Assembly: GCA_951406725.2 (NCBI GenBank)
Contig: OX597833.1
Location: 38,378,001-38,442,000, forward strand
DNA from: Octopus vulgaris
Lineage: Eukaryota
Length of the DNA stretch: 64,000 bases
Direction of reading: 5' to 3'
In this document: positions 26,310-40,689 of the stretch, one piece after another
Layout of the letters: every line of letters starts with the position of its first letter
Position numbering within the stretch: the stretch's first letter is position 1
Position numbers and translations under genes: made by a program
The notes under the pieces: generated by a model
Databases searched by the model: none
What the model was told of the DNA's origin: nothing
Seen by the model: the letters and a program-made list of their open reading frames with translations, nothing else

Positions 26310-26662
26310 CAATCTTAAAATATCTTAAAATATCTCGAGTCTTTTTTTAAAAAAAAGAAACACTACCCCCACCCCTACTAAATCAAGCACAGCTTCCTCA
26401 GTGATAATTATTGAATGAGTTGAGTTAGAATGCTAATCCTAACACAGTGAATGTGACTCAAACTGATACCGCACACATATTTGCATGTGGTGCATATTTG
26501 TAGGCTGAAGTTGCTAAGTGCTTTGATGAGCAGTCTCTGTGACATTGGTTTTTGTTCACTTGAAGCTGATTAGGACCTCTCAGCAGAAGTTAACAGCAAC
26601 AATAGTTGTTAGACCAACACTGCAGGCTGGATAACTGGTGTTTTAATTCAATACAGCTTTGA
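26310..26662 (+). repeat. Copy 2 of a ~340-bp direct duplication
   Basis: Near-identical to 23807-24149, with an extra 10-bp tandem TCTTAAAATA at the left junction. Confidence 0.95.
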
Positions 26663-27410
26663 AGGTCATGTACAATAAAGAAGTATTCTTCTGAAACAAT
26701 GGACCAGGTCTGCTTGAAACACCTACAAGGATATTTGAACAAACCATTCAGGCATCTCCTCTCTTCACTATACCAATAAGGGGGTCTATGTGTCTTCTCA
26801 CCCCACTAAAAATAGCAGCCAAATTTTCCTGAAATCCCTATCTTAAAGAAGAAAATGTCATATAAGATATTGTGATCCTGCAAGCTCTTAAGACAGGGTG
26901 GTTGGTTCCAAATGGAATACCTTTAATTATAGTTCTGCTTGATCATTGTTGATCTGGGATTAAACACCATCAAATTTCATGGCACACACCTAAACCTTTT
27001 CAGTCATTACTCATTGATACATCCTCATCTGTATCTCACACAGTTATGTAATATTTGTATTACATAACCAACATGGGTACAGGTAAGGCTGTGTGACTTA
27101 GAAGTACATTTTGTAACTATGTGGTTCCAAGTTTGATCCCACTGCTCCACACTTAGGGCAATTGCCTTCTCCGTTAGCTTTGGATTGATCAATGCTTTGT
27201 GAGATGGAAACTGTACAGAAGCCCATTGTATGTATGTATGAAGATATGTGTGTGTGTGTGTGTGCTAACATATATGTGTATATTGATGAAATATATAAAA
27301 TATATATATATACATATGAATGAGAAAATAGGGTAATGGACATCAATACATTTCACCTATCTGACTTGCCTATATATATCTTAAGGGAATCTATAACCAT
27401 GAAAAATTGT

Positions 27411-27502
27411 CATTGCTGCTACTACTATCACCACCACCAATACTACTATTACTCACACTACTACTACTACTGCTGCTGTTGCTTCTGCTGCTGCTGCTGC
27501 TG

Positions 27503-27578
<76 letters not shown>

Positions 27579-27609
27579 CACCACTACTGTTGTTGTTGTT
27601 GTTGTTGTT
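27411..27609. repeat. Compound triplet microsatellite (TAC)n/(TGC)n/(CAC)n/(TGT)n
   Basis: Directly visible; explains the poly-Y, poly-L and poly-S ORFs. Confidence 0.95.
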
Positions 27610-29271
27610 ATTCAAAATAAAACAAAAGTTAAAATTTATTATATTATATATTATATTATATTACTTGAGTAAAAATTTTGTAAAATACTAAGAACATTCC
27701 AGACTAAAATCGACATGTTTTATTGAATTTATGGGGAAATATTATTTAGTGAAGATGGGGTGTGGATGGGCAATGAATTGATGTAGAATGAGGAAAGATG
27801 ATAGAGATAGAGAGAGAGAGAGAAGCTTCGACTGAATGAAATCTCTTAGCAATTATTGCGGCGGCTGAGATATTTTTCTGTCTGTGGAAGATGTCAGTGG
27901 AATCTTTTGTGCTAGGGTTAATTTTTATTTGTGTTGCACTGTGGTAACTTTAATGGGTTGTGGTCTGGTAAGTAAGAAAATGTTCTGCATGTAATAGTAT
28001 CGAACATTTGTAGACAATCGATACTAGAGAACAACTTTGCCAAAATTGGTGAAGGGGGGGAAATAAACATTATATGTATATTGAAAAGAAAAAGAGGAGA
28101 AAATTCCACTAAAAACGTCTACTTATTTATTTATTGTTTTTCTATTTCACCCTAAACTATGAATGTGTTGAGGGTTGGAGTTTCAAGGTAGAGTAGGAGT
28201 TATAAAGGTAAGGGAGATGGGGAGAGGCAACAAATCAATATTTCTGTCATTGTGAAATTAAATAAGATGAACATTAATTAACCTTCTTCGTTAAAGATTG
28301 TAGAAGAAACGAGAGTTTGCAGCTGGCTGAATCGATAGGGTGTTGTCGCTGCTATTGTCGGACTACAACTTAAATGGGGGTATAGGGGTGTGGGCTGTAG
28401 GGTTCTGTGACTTATGTTCCTTTCATCTGAATCGCGCCACTACTGTGAGCTCCTCTGTATTGGGCTGTGAAACTTAGCAGCTCTAATTTAGCCCAGTCCA
28501 CTTGACTGTAATGGCTGTAAATTAGGTTGTTGTTATTGATGTTTAGCTTTACCTAAATTCTGATCAGTCAGACAGCTAATCAAAGGTGTTCTGGCCATGT
28601 TCTAGCATTTCTAGTATCTCTGCATAGAGATTTCCTCATTGGTTTCTCTGAAATAAGTAGTGTCATGATATGGAAGTAAAGGCTTCACTGTTTCAAGTTA
28701 AAGATTCTCATTTAGAAAGGGGTGTGTAATGGTTGGACTGAGTTCAGCTCTTTTATGTGGTCAAAGCCTATAGTGGACTGGTGTGCCCTCTAGGAAAGGT
28801 ATGCACAGTGCCTTGAAAGATATACTCCTCTATACAGTGATGCCTGGTGATGGCAGTGGGTAGATAAAATGTGGAAGTGAGGAAGGAAAATGATCACTCA
28901 GATGGTGGAAGCACTCTTCATAGCATAATTGTTGACTTAGTGGCTTAAGCTGGGATTGGCATATGGAATATAGAATCTATCACAGGTTCAAATTTAGCTG
29001 CAAGCATTAGTTGCACATACTATTAGTCTGTACCCTCTGCTTTTACAACAAAGGGAATTTTTGAAATGGTCTCTGGTGTAACTAGTCTGTAACAGTGCAT
29101 TTTGAGGTTAATGAAGAAACATTTCAAGCTTCACAAGGAGATATCTATATTGTTATTTGGCTCTGTTCAAAGCTGCAGTGAAATTTCTCTTGTCAAATTA
29201 ATGGACATTTGTTTTTTTATAAAGTCTGATGTTTTAAGTTCTAAAATTGTATGGATGACCTATTTCATTAA

Positions 29272-29478
29272 CCCTTTAGCATTTAATCTGCCCTTATCCA
29301 GCCCATATCCACCTGGTTTATGTTAAAACTAACCAGATCCAACCTCTCACACTTACCCTACAATGTCATTCTAAAAATATACAAACACACCATTGAAATC
29401 TTGAAGCTACAAGATGTGTGATTAATTCAAAATAATGAGAATAAATAAACAATACATTTGACAAAGGAGTCTGAATGC
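29272..29478. mobile_element. piggyBac-like MITE family A (reverse orientation, right end clipped)
   Basis: TTAA|CCCTTTAGCATTTAA, body matches family A. Confidence 0.75.
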
Positions 29479-31123
29479 ATGTCTTCTCTCATCCACTCTT
29501 TGTGCTGTCATAAATACATATACCCTAATCATATAAAGATAGTTTGACCTACGAAAGTAACCAGTAAAGATTTATTTAATATGAAGAGAAAGGTGGTTGT
29601 TAGGGGCTGTTCGATAAGTTGGTATCAATGTCATAATTTAACTTTTTTTTTATGAATTACGTTTTGTCGTACAACCATCATGAAGTGGTGTTAAGGGCTT
29701 GACGACAAGGGAAACAACTGTGTAACACCACATCGATAACCTTGATCATTACTTTGGTTTCTGTTTTAGTTTTCTTTTGTTATTTTGACATGAAACTTTA
29801 TATTTATTCCTAAATGTTTGTACATCTCTCCATACATTATTCACTTGCCTGATCACTAAACCAAAAAAATTTAATAACAGTATTTTTTTCAAGTCATATT
29901 CCAGATTATCTCCCTTAGACGTGCCTAGGGATCTTACACATTTTTACACCCACTTTTAAAAGTGTATACATTTTCATAAGTGGTTGATGGCAACTACTGA
30001 ATCAACCTGTACTGAAATTATTTTATTGGTTTTGGATTTGAACTAAAAAAAAAAGTAGAGAGATGAAGCCAAATACTGTCAGATATTTAATATGGCATTA
30101 TTGTTTCTGACACTATCCTCAAAGAGATTTTAAAGTGTAAAGTATCTCAAACTATGAATAATGTCTGTGATTTAATAGTGAGTTGTTTGAATAAATGAGG
30201 ATCAAAAACAACAACAAAGAATGTGTATGGCTAAAGTATTGGATTGCTGTTGAACAGCAATTTGCATCTGTCATAGACCAGCCTTGGTATCTGAAGATAT
30301 TACAGCCCACTTCATAGTTTCAGGAAAGAACAGTCTTTAAAAAAAATAAATATGCAACTAGTATTTATTCCCTTCATATAAGATCAGCATATATTGTATA
30401 TCATGTTATATATTTCACTTCTCAAAACAGAAACAAACAAATGTGTAACTCTGTATATCTTCTCATAAACAATTTAAAGCCATTATAGCTGTAATAATTT
30501 CTTGACTGTACAATTATCAAGAACATTTCTATACCAACTATAAGCTCTCTGCACAGTCGGTATTGGCTCATAAAGACTTAGTTTCCCTTTTCACAGCTAT
30601 AAAATACTTCAGCCCAGAATTGCTGCTAACTTTGAAATAAAATGTAAATTCACTCAACCTCAAAACAAAAAATTGAATACCTCTTAAACTAGAGATACAC
30701 CATGAACCTACCCACTTCATAAGGCTGTCATATTTGCCAATACTCTGCAACTCTTGGCTTGGCTCACTATCAAAATGTGTCTGCTCTCACATTATCTTAG
30801 CTTTCTACATTTATTTAAGCAGTTCTGATCTGACAGCTTACCTAAGAACAACAACAACATTAAATGTAATGTTGAACATTAGTAAAATAGCCTATCCAGC
30901 TACTGCTAAGTGACTGATGAATTATATTGTAGGAATAAAATAATATAGTTAAAATAGTGTAAACCACATTAGTTAAAGTATGAAAATGGAATAGCAAGTA
31001 GTCCATAGTGTAATTAGTAACATGATTAACAAGCAAGTTATAGTTATGCACTTCAAGCCCCATCATTGGACAAGTGAAAATATTTTTCTACTGCAGATTG
31101 GTACCTACAATGTCTGATATCAT

Positions 31124-31312
31124 AAGGTGGCGAGCTGGCAGAATTATTAGCATGCCAGGAAAAATGCTTAGCCAGCATTTCATCAATCCTTATGTTTTGA
31201 GTTCAAATTCTGCGTAAGTCAACTTCACTTTTGGGGTCAATAAGATAAGTACCAGTTGAATACTGAGGTTAATGTTATCAACTTACCTTCTCCCACAAAA
31301 TTTGAAACCAAT
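31124..31312 (+). mobile_element. Nin/Deu-domain SINE
   Basis: AAGGTGGCGAGCTGGCAGAATT head; GGGGTCAATAAGATAAGTACCAG. Confidence 0.8.
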
Positions 31313-31735
31313 TTCATAAACATTCATGAATACTGGAAGTAAAAGCTGAAGGGATGCTTGCTGTGAGATAAAGTATGGATTAATTTTTCAAACAGATTTG
31401 CCCTCCATCCACCCAACAAATGTTCTTTAGTGGAAACATTAGTTTCTATATCATACCATGAATAACATATTATGAAACAACAAAGGAACCTCTGTATGGT
31501 TATACATGTTGCTAGAAACAGAAGCTAAATCTCCTTCAAATCACATCTGTTTTACAAAAGGACACAGCCAAAAAGGTATGCAAAACTACAGTTTGGTCAC
31601 AAATAGAATACCTTTAAGTACTAATTTGTTTGATTGGAACGAAACAACAGCAGCATGCAATAACTCTTCAGTTTCTCTTTCATACAGTGTGCAGACAATT
31701 ACTAACTAACTGTTTCTAGTGAATAGCCTCACTAA

Positions 31736-31876
31736 CCCTTTAGCATTTAGATTTCTTTGTCAAATATGTTACTTACTTATATTATAGGGTAGGTGTGATA
31801 GGCTGGATCTGGTCAGTTTTATCATAAAACAAGTAGAATATTTGGGCTGCATATGGCTGGATTAAATGTTAAAGGG
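31736..31876. mobile_element. piggyBac-like MITE family A, internally deleted
   Basis: CCCTTTAGCATT ... AATGTTAAAGGG|TTAA. Confidence 0.75.
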
Positions 31877-33150
31877 TTAACATAAAGCCTCTTTAATTTT
31901 AAATCAGAAATCTTACTGACTGGTTGGTTTATTGAATCATCAAGGCCCCATTTTTGATAATACTAATAATAACAATAATGATACCTTCATTTGGTGCAAG
32001 AGCATACACTCCAAAGAAATCACTAATTAAATCAACACAATTATGTATAACTATTACTTATTTTACCATCTGTGAAAAGATATGAGGTAAAGTTGACTCC
32101 TGCAAAAGGTCATAACTAAATAGTTCAAGATGTCTAGTCCAGTCCTCAACCATTTGTACTTTCAATTAGGAGGTGAGTGTGAGGAACATTTGACAATAGA
32201 AAAATGAAAGCAAAGTGAATTCAGGATATAGAGATGTAACTAATCTGTACAGTGCTTTATTAACTTTGGTAATCAACAAATTTTGGTTCAAATTTTGGGG
32301 TAGGGTTAAGCCGATTCTTTGACCCCAGTGCTCAGCTGGTTCTTATTTCTTTAACTTCAAAGGCAAAATTTGAACCTAGAATGTGAAGATGGAATAAATA
32401 TCCCTAAGAATTTTGTCCAACTTGCTAATGATTCTACTGGCTCATTACTTCCATAATAATAATAATAATACACTTTTATTTCAGTAGCTCAACTCAAATA
32501 CTATGCTCAGAACACAACAAATCCTCTACATAATCATCACCTTCTCAACTAACATAGCAATACCCTATATGATCACCACTCAGTAACACAACACATACCT
32601 GATGCAGTTGCCTCAATAAATTAGCTCATACAATAATACGCAATCCATATATCATATACTGTATACAATCACTACCTTGCATTAAAGCACATAACACCAA
32701 CCATCATGTGTGTCTGTTGGAATGGTGAGGACCATCTAGTCATCCTTAGGGATAATTGGTGACTTGCATGGTGACATTGTTTAAAGTGAAGATGAGTTGC
32801 ACCCATGAACCTCACACTCTTGTCCATATCTATCGTCAGTCCAGTGACAAGGCCAGATCAAAATGACTAGGGCTGGAGAAGGATGCAGTGGATGACCAAG
32901 ATGTCTTACTTGCTACATCTTGCTGTTTGCAATCCACAATGCATCGTTGCAGCTGCCTTCTCCTCTGTTGAACTATGACAGTTTCGTCTACAGTGTCCAC
33001 TGGATCCAGTTTTCATACGCATAGGTAGTCAAACTCTAATATGCTACTTAGCCCATAGATGGGACCCTGACAGGTGCAAGTACTATGGGCCAGAATACAC
33101 CTGGGAACAAAAATGGATAATTGGTGGTTCCACACTCCTCAAAGCCAGAT

Positions 33151-33490
33151 CAGTGGCTCTTAACTGGGGTTCATATGGCCCTTGTGGGTCCATATGAGAT
33201 TCTTGGGCATTCACATAACAAAGTAGTAAATTGGGGATCGCAATAGTATTTTAAGGCCCCCTGAAAAAATTTTGCTTTAGATGTATTTATTGCAAGAAAC
33301 AGCTAGGTTTCTTACTGTATCATTTTACGTAGTTCAACCTACATAAGTTAATGTGTGTGACAAACAAAATAGGAACTTTGAAAGAAGTTTCTATGAAACT
33401 AGTTTTTAAATATTGAATGGTTCTGGGAGTCCACCAGAATAAAATAGTAATGAAAGGGGTTAATTGATAAAAAATGGTTGGGAACCCCTG
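33151..33490. mobile_element. hAT (Charlie/MER5-like) non-autonomous element
   Basis: TIRs CAGTGGCTCTTAAC / GTTGGGAACCCCTG; related inverted copy at 45051-45283; 8-bp TSD not clear. Confidence 0.65.
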
Positions 33491-33720
33491 CACTGGACCT
33501 CCCAAACCAGGGCCTCACTACTGAGTGTAGTTTTAAGTGAAACCCAGGACACAACACTAACCATACAGCTCATATGAAACATAAATCTCTGCCTAACAAA
33601 TATAGCGTGACATCAAAATCCTAATATCAAACATAACAGCATATACAAAGCACAATCCCCAGCCAACAGAATAACTCAACTCCCGTTGTACAATCTTTTA
33701 TACAACAAATGAAAAGTTAA

Positions 33721-34137
33721 ACCACTAGCATTCAGATTATTCTGTCAAGTGTAATGCTTATTTACTCATGTTGTTTTGAATTATCATACATTATCTTGTA
33801 GCTTTGAGATTTCAATGATTTTGATGATGTGATTGTTTATATTTAGATTGCGTTTGTAAGGTAGATGTAAATGGTTAGGTCTGGCTTGTTTGAATATAAA
33901 ACAGGTAGAATATTTTGACCAGATATAGCTGGTTTAACCCTTTAGCATTCTATCAAATGTAATGCTCATTTATTCACATTGCTTTGAATTATGCATTATC
34001 TTGTAGCTTTGGGATTTTGAAGATGTGATTGTTTAGTTTTTTGGAATGACATCTAGTAGGTGTGAGAGGCTGGATCTGGCCAATTTGAACATAAAACAAT
34101 AATTAAAGCAGATATGGCTGGTTTGAATGCTAATGGG
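33721..34137. mobile_element. Two head-to-tail piggyBac-like MITE family A copies
   Basis: The second copy begins TTAA|CCCTTTAGCATT at 33934-38, within the right end of the first. Confidence 0.8.
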
Positions 34138-34332
34138 TTCAAATAATGTCAGGATCAACTAAACAGATTCCCACAACAAAAGTGAAACTGGTGTAGTATA
34201 CATGCACAAATTTACAGTCTTAACAGACTATATTGTATACATTTCAAGAATATAGAGGTGCATTTAGTGATATAGAAGAAGCACATATAAAGTTGTTGAA
34301 ACAGGATGATGATGATGATTGTTTAAGTAAGT

Positions 34333-34699
34333 GCTGGTATGGCTGTGGGGTTAAGAAGTTTGCTTCCCACTTACATGGTTTCAGGTTCAGTCCCAATGTT
34401 TGACACCTTGGGCAAATGTCTTCTACCATAGCCCCAGGTTGACCAAAGCCTTGTGTATGTATGTGTGTGTGTGTCCTTGACATTGCATGATAATTGTAAA
34501 TAAGTGTCACTGTCATTTTAGCAGTGTCTTTTGTTTCCAGTCTTCCATAAAAACAGGTCTGGCTATGGGGAAATGTTACCTTGCTTGTAAGTAAGTGAGG
34601 ATTGGTGACAGGAAGGGCATCCTGTTGTAGAAAATCTGCCACGACAAATTCTGGTTGATCCATGCAAGCATGGAAAAGTGGACATTAAGATGATGATGA
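34333..34699 (+). mobile_element. CORE-like SINE with RTE-type tail
   Basis: tRNA-like head; CCTTGGGCAAATGTCTTCTAC core; GACAGGAAGGGCATCC..(GAT)n tail. Confidence 0.85.
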
Positions 34700-34961
34700 G
34701 GATGTTTCTAGCATAGGCTCAGGGCCTGAAATTTAGGGGAAAGAGAATAGTCATTTCTAAAATTCCCATTTACTTGACTTTATTTTATTGACTCCAAAAG
34801 GAGGAAAAACAAAGTTGATTAATGTGAGATTTGAACTCAGAATGTGAAGAGCCTGAGGAAGTACTGCAAAGCATTTTTACTCTCCTGATGCTCTAACAAT
34901 TCTGCCAATCTGCTCTAAATAATAATTGTATAAAGCTTGAACTTTGAGAATAAGGGTTTAA

Positions 34962-35389
34962 CCATTTGGCATTTAAACCAGCCATATCTGACCCAAATAG
35001 TTTATTTGGTTTTATGTTCAAACTGTCAAGATCTGCTCTCTTACACCTATTCTACAATGTCATTCTAAAAATATGCAATCACATCATCAGAATCTCAAAG
35101 CTTTGAGAATATGCATGATTAATTCAAAATAATGTGAATGTATTTGTTGCCCACTTCTGCTTGACAACCAGTGTTGGTGTGTTTATGTCCCGTAATGTAA
35201 ACAGTTCAGCAAAAGACACTGATAGAATAAACACTAGGCTTAACAAAATATGAGTACTGGGGTCAATTCATCTGACTAAAAAATTCTTCTATGTGGTGCC
35301 CCAGCATGGCCACAGTCTAATGACTGAAAAATGTAAGAGATTAAAGATATAAGCACTATATTTGATGGAATAACCTGAATGCTAAAGGG
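34962..35389. mobile_element. piggyBac-like MITE family A interrupted by a SINE 3' half (~35140-35349)
   Basis: The MITE halves rejoin across the SINE at AATGTGAAT|AAGCA. Confidence 0.8.
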
Positions 35390-36860
35390 CTAATCAAATT
35401 GTCCATAGTACTTGAGTGGTAGTTTATTATATCAGCTCTGAAAAGATGAAAGTCAAAATCAACCTTGGTGGGATTCAAACTCCTAAATACCACTTGACAG
35501 TTTGTCTGCTGCTCTAACAGTTCTGCCAAATTGCCCCTCAAGTATTTCTAATATAGGCACAAGACCACACATAGTGGTGGTTGGGAAGGAGAAATGGAAT
35601 CGATTAGACCACTCCTAGTAATTGACTGATTCTTATTTGATCACCACTAATCAGTCTATAGTGGCAGTGGTCACAGACTAATGAGGAAAACGGCAAAGAG
35701 CAAAACAGATGATGCAACACCGTCCCTACCATTTATCATCAAAGTTGTTTTCCCCTTCATCATCATCATCATCATCATCATTTACATGAGTGCTAAAAAC
35801 TCTTTGTCACATCAGTATGAAATCTAGTCAATAACGGAATAATTAGAAATTAGATTTGTCGTAAATTTTTATTCTTTCTTTTTCTTGTTAATGTTAATTT
35901 TATTTTTAGTCTGTTGGATTAAATATTGTATTTAAAAAAAAAATTTTTTTTTCTTATTTGTTTCTAACTTTTATAAATGTCAATATTTTATTTTTCTCTA
36001 TTGATTTATTCTTTCTTTCTTCAATTATGTTCTATTTAAGTGTGATAATTTGTATTGCAACCTATTCTCCACCCCACCTCTCTTTACTTCTTGATACTGT
36101 GTCCAGTAATTGTCTTCGGGTCTTAATTCTGCTTTCTGTTCTTTTTCTGTTTCTGCTTTTTTTTTCCTGTCTGTTTGGTTATTTTTTAAAAATATTTGTT
36201 TAAATAATGCTGCAGTTGTTTGTTTTATAAATTTTAAATCTGTCTTGGTATTTTTACTGTTATTATTATTTTTATTTCACAGTTGTAAGAATACTTGATT
36301 ATAATAACGATAATAATAATAGTAATAATTATAACAGTGATGATAATGGTCTGTGAGTGACGCGCAAGAAGCAATCTTTGTAGAAGTGGTTATTAGGTGG
36401 GGGAAAACAATTTGATAATATTCACTGGTATATATTTTAGTCACATCCAAAGAAATGGAAGAGAAATTCTACCCTGGGTGAGATTTTGAACTTGGAACAT
36501 TGATGTAAAAAATTAAGTATTTATTATAAGTCTGATACCGTAGCATTTTGGTCATTTCTCTACCTGGTGAAGCATTTTTGGTCAGCAACACTGGTATTCA
36601 CCTTTCTGTTACCATATTTCTTTTGAAATATACAACTTTTGTTTCAGTTAATTTTAGAAATTTTGAAAAGTTTATTGATAACTTTGTCATTATGAAGCTG
36701 GTTTTTTGAACAATTTAGCATGAAATTTTGATGGAAGATTTTAATATAGGTAATTTCAAAACAGGAAGTTTTGAACTAGAAGGCAGTTTCTGGCAGGTTG
36801 GTTTCAAGAGAGTTTGTCTGCTAGGCTTAGCCGGCACCTTCAGTTCCCTCTGTCCCCTAA

Positions 36861-37062
36861 TCCTGTAACATTTCAACCAGCTATATCTAGCCCAAATATT
36901 CCAGTTGTTTTAGGTTCAGACTAGCCAGATCCAGCCTCTCACACATACTCAATGCTATCCACATCATTGAAATCTTGAAGCTTCAAGATAATGCATGATT
37001 AATTCAAAGAAATGTGAATAAATAAGCCTTACACTTGACAGAAGAATTTGAATGCTAAAGGG
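36861..37062. mobile_element. piggyBac-like MITE family A
   Basis: Ends TGAATGCTAAAGGG|TTAA. Confidence 0.8.
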
Positions 37063-37684
37063 TTAAGTTAGTTTTTCTGATAGAGGTGGGGAGGCTCCTC
37101 TGGGTATGAGACCCATTTAAATTGAAAAGATGGTAGATAAATTGCCATGTTTGTTGAAATCAAGATAGTTTTAAACTCTCATCACATCGTAGTGAATAAT
37201 GAAGAGTTATATGATTTAAACTCAGTCCACTTCATTGCAGCTCCCAATTCAAATGTGGGATTGAGTTTATGAGTGCCATATGGGTGAAGGTGTCTGCAGG
37301 ATATTATCATACATGAGTCGAAGCCCCATGAGTTAGAGTGGCTATTCTAGAGCATCTCCCTCACTGTCCATTTTGTATGCTGTGGCCATGAGACTGAATT
37401 ACTGGAAATTGTATGTTCTATTCTTTAATGGAAAGTTACTCCATACAGTTTGTAAGTGTGATTCAGAGATCCAGCAGACTGGTGAACCTTCCCTCAGCCC
37501 TCCATTAAAAACTAACAATGCACAAACTCATACTCAATATGGGCTGAATATTTACAGTTTTGCAAATTAATTGAAACAGTTTATTTTATGAGAAATATGA
37601 TCAAGAAGACTTTATAACATAAAAGAATGTGATAGAAAAAAACAAAAGCAGTAAACTATCACAAGCTTACCCCAGGGTACTAAT

Positions 37685-38020
37685 TCTTTTACTTGTTCCA
37701 GTCATTTGACTGAACCAATTGAGCCCAGATCTTAATTTTTGTAATCCTAGTACTTATTCTATCAGTCTCTTAGGCTGAACCGCTAAGTTATGGGGACATA
37801 AACTCACCAACATCGGTTGTCAAGTCATGAGGGAGGGCAAACACCCCCACACACACACACATACGATGGACTTCTTTCAGTTTCCATCTACCAAATCCTC
37901 TCACAGGGCTTTGGTTGGCCCAAGGCCGTAGTAGAAGACACTTGCCCAAGGTGCCATTCAGTGGAACTGAACCCAGAACTATGTGGTTGGGAAGCAAGCT
38001 TCTTACCATACAGCCACGTG
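37685..38020 (-). mobile_element. CORE-like (OR-type) SINE
   Basis: Head, core and tail all recognisable. Confidence 0.85.
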
Positions 38021-38143
38021 TGCATTTATATTTTACATATTATTTGTTAGTTGTTTGATTCTTAATCCTGTGCCCATATATCTACTGGGCTTGTCAGCTG
38101 GTAATATAGTTCTTATAGATGATGGAGGGGGTTCAGCTCTGCA

Positions 38144-38342
38144 GTGTGGGTTGCGGATCCGTGGAACAAGCTGCCAGACAAGATGGTGAAGATGCCGACG
38201 ACCGCTTTGTTCAAAGCCTCCCTGGACCTCAAGTGGCCTGAACTCTTTACATGAACACCACCCTGTACTTAACTCCATGTCCCCCTACATGGCCTTACTA
38301 TTTGCTTTTGAGCCAAATTAACTAACTAACTAACTAACTAAC
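38144..38342 (+). mobile_element. 5'-truncated CR1-group LINE 3' end
   Basis: VWVADPWNKLPDKMVKMPTTALFKASLDLKWPELFT* fits the WNxLP..FKxxLD motif; short 3' UTR; (CTAA)n tail. Confidence 0.85.
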
Positions 38343-39654
38343 AATTACATAATATATGTTACCATGGTACCTAATTACAGCTAATTATGAATTGTTTCTA
38401 TTGGTTTGAATTTATAAACCAACCAGAGAAGGAGGGAGGTAGTACCCATGCTACAGGCCTCACTCCCATCCTTCTGGGATTGTTGTAAGACATTGCCTAG
38501 CTAGAACATCTGCTGTAAGAAATGGATATCTATAATTGAATGCCTGCAACAAATGTTTTGGCTAAATGCACCCAAGGACCAGGGTGTGGCTTGTTCAGCA
38601 ACATAACAATGCTTTTTCAATTAGTCAGTACTCTGATAACACGAACTTTATACATTTTATACAGCATGTTTACACACTCACCTCTTTGCTCCTCCTCATT
38701 CTCTCTTCTCACACACACACGCACTTTCAAATATTCATACTCAATCTGAAATACACACATACTATCTCTCTTTCTTTCTCTCTCACTCTCTCTCTCTCTC
38801 TGACATTTACACACACACACATACAGACATTCTCTCATATTCTCTCTCATACATATGCACACACTAAGGCACACATTAGCATATGCATCTTGCATAGAAG
38901 AAGGTGTTTATTCCTTTTGGATTGCAAAACAGCTAGAAAATATAGATATGGTATAGTGGTGATGACGAGGATGCTGATAATAATGACATTGGCAGTTGTT
39001 ATTGTTCTTCTTGTCTTTAATGCCTTCATGGTTGTTGTCTTTCAATGTCATCATCGTCGTCATTATCACAGGTGGATGTGCACCGGAAATAGCCAAGCTA
39101 GCAAAAACTACAGAACAAAGACACATGACAAGCCAACAGTTTCCTCTGCATGTAAGAGATGTGTAAGAAATGTGTTAGTTCACTAGTATTTTGCCACATT
39201 AAAGCCATATCCATAGACATTCTTCTGATTGTTTCCAGCTTCTTCATTCACTTGCACTACCATTTTGAAAACGAAAATGAAAGCAACAGTTGGCTTTTAC
39301 TTCAGTTTTAGTTTTGCTTTTGTTTCATTTATATCTTTCCTAATGTCTTTTTGTTTTCATTATTCAGTGTTTTTGAGGTCGTTTTTGCTTTTTTGTCTCC
39401 ATTTTATAAAAAAATTTACAATATTTTGTTGATGTCCTTATTCTCATTATTGTTTAATTGAACTTATATATCATTAGTGTGTTTTTTTTCTTTCTTTTAA
39501 TTTTTACTTTTAATTGAAAAAGACACCTGTCATCATTTATGTGCATATAAATATATTTCCATGATTGCATGTGTAGACACAATAATTTTATTACCTTCGT
39601 ATGTCTGATTAATGGTATGTACTTACTCACAAACATATACATTGTGGTTGTCAC

Positions 39655-39849
39655 CATCGTCATTTTAACGCACACTTTTTCATACTTGCATGCATTGGAT
39701 GGAATCTATTGAGTCAAATTTTCTACAGTTGGATGCCCTTCTTGTTGTCAGCCTACACCTGTTTCCATGCAAGGTAATATTTTCTCATGACCAGGCGTGT
39801 TTCTCGTACAATATCGGTAATGAATGACACTACATGTTTGACAATGTTA

Positions 39850-39924
<75 letters not shown>

Positions 39925-40085
39925 ACACACACACACACTTCTTTCAGCTTCCATGTACCAAATTCCAGTCACAAGGCTTTGGTCTACCTTAGGGTATAGT
40001 AGAAGACACTTGTCCAAGGTGTCCTGCAGTGGGATAGAATCCAGAACTATGTGGTTGCAAAACAAACTTCTCACCACACTGTCAC
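39655..40085 (-). mobile_element. CORE-like SINE with RTE-type tail and internal (CT)n
   Basis: GGATGCCCTTC tail motif and AGAAGACACTTGTCCAAGG core. Confidence 0.75.
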
Positions 40086-40367
40086 ATACACACAAATGCT
40101 TGTTAATATGTGTGTACATGCCAGTATGTGTGTCTTGCCCACATATCCAGTGCTGTCTAGGTATTTCCCCCTGTCTACAAGTCAATAAAACTATCACTTC
40201 ATGTTTACATCACAAACGAAATTCTTTTTACATTGTTATACATATTTTCTCTATGTAAGCCCTGGATGTGTTTGCATATTTATGTTTGTGTGTGTATTTA
40301 TACACATACACACACCATATATATATATATATGCCTGTGTGTATACATATATATATGTGTGTGTGTG

Positions 40368-40420
<53 letters not shown>

Positions 40421-40547
40421 CAGGGTGTCCGCAAAGTCTGGGTTCATGGGGATTAACACATACTTTAAGAAATTATTATTTCTTATATTTAATTGTTTAT
40501 GTTATGATTTTATTTATTCCATGTACCCAGACTTTGTGAACACCCTG
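40421..40547. mobile_element. Tc1/mariner-type MITE
   Basis: TA|CAGGGTGTCCGCAAAGTCTGGGTTCATGG ... CCATGTACCCAGACTTTGTGAACACCCTG|TA; ~29-bp TIRs. Confidence 0.9.
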
Positions 40548-40689
40548 TATAATATGAAAGCCTCAGTCCCTCCTGTGCCTTCAAGTTTATTGACCATAAA
40601 ATTGATGCCACTGATTTCTATTGACTGCAATTTTCTTTGCATCTAGCTAAGTGATATTGGCCTCTCTCACATCAGCTATGAATGCTCTG

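Noticed and set aside
38566-39186. Longest ORF (206 aa) with a hydrophobic stretch
   Set aside because: Built from (CT)/(CA) and triplet low-complexity DNA with no recognisable domain; a possible internal exon at ~39071-39150 has only a weak acceptor
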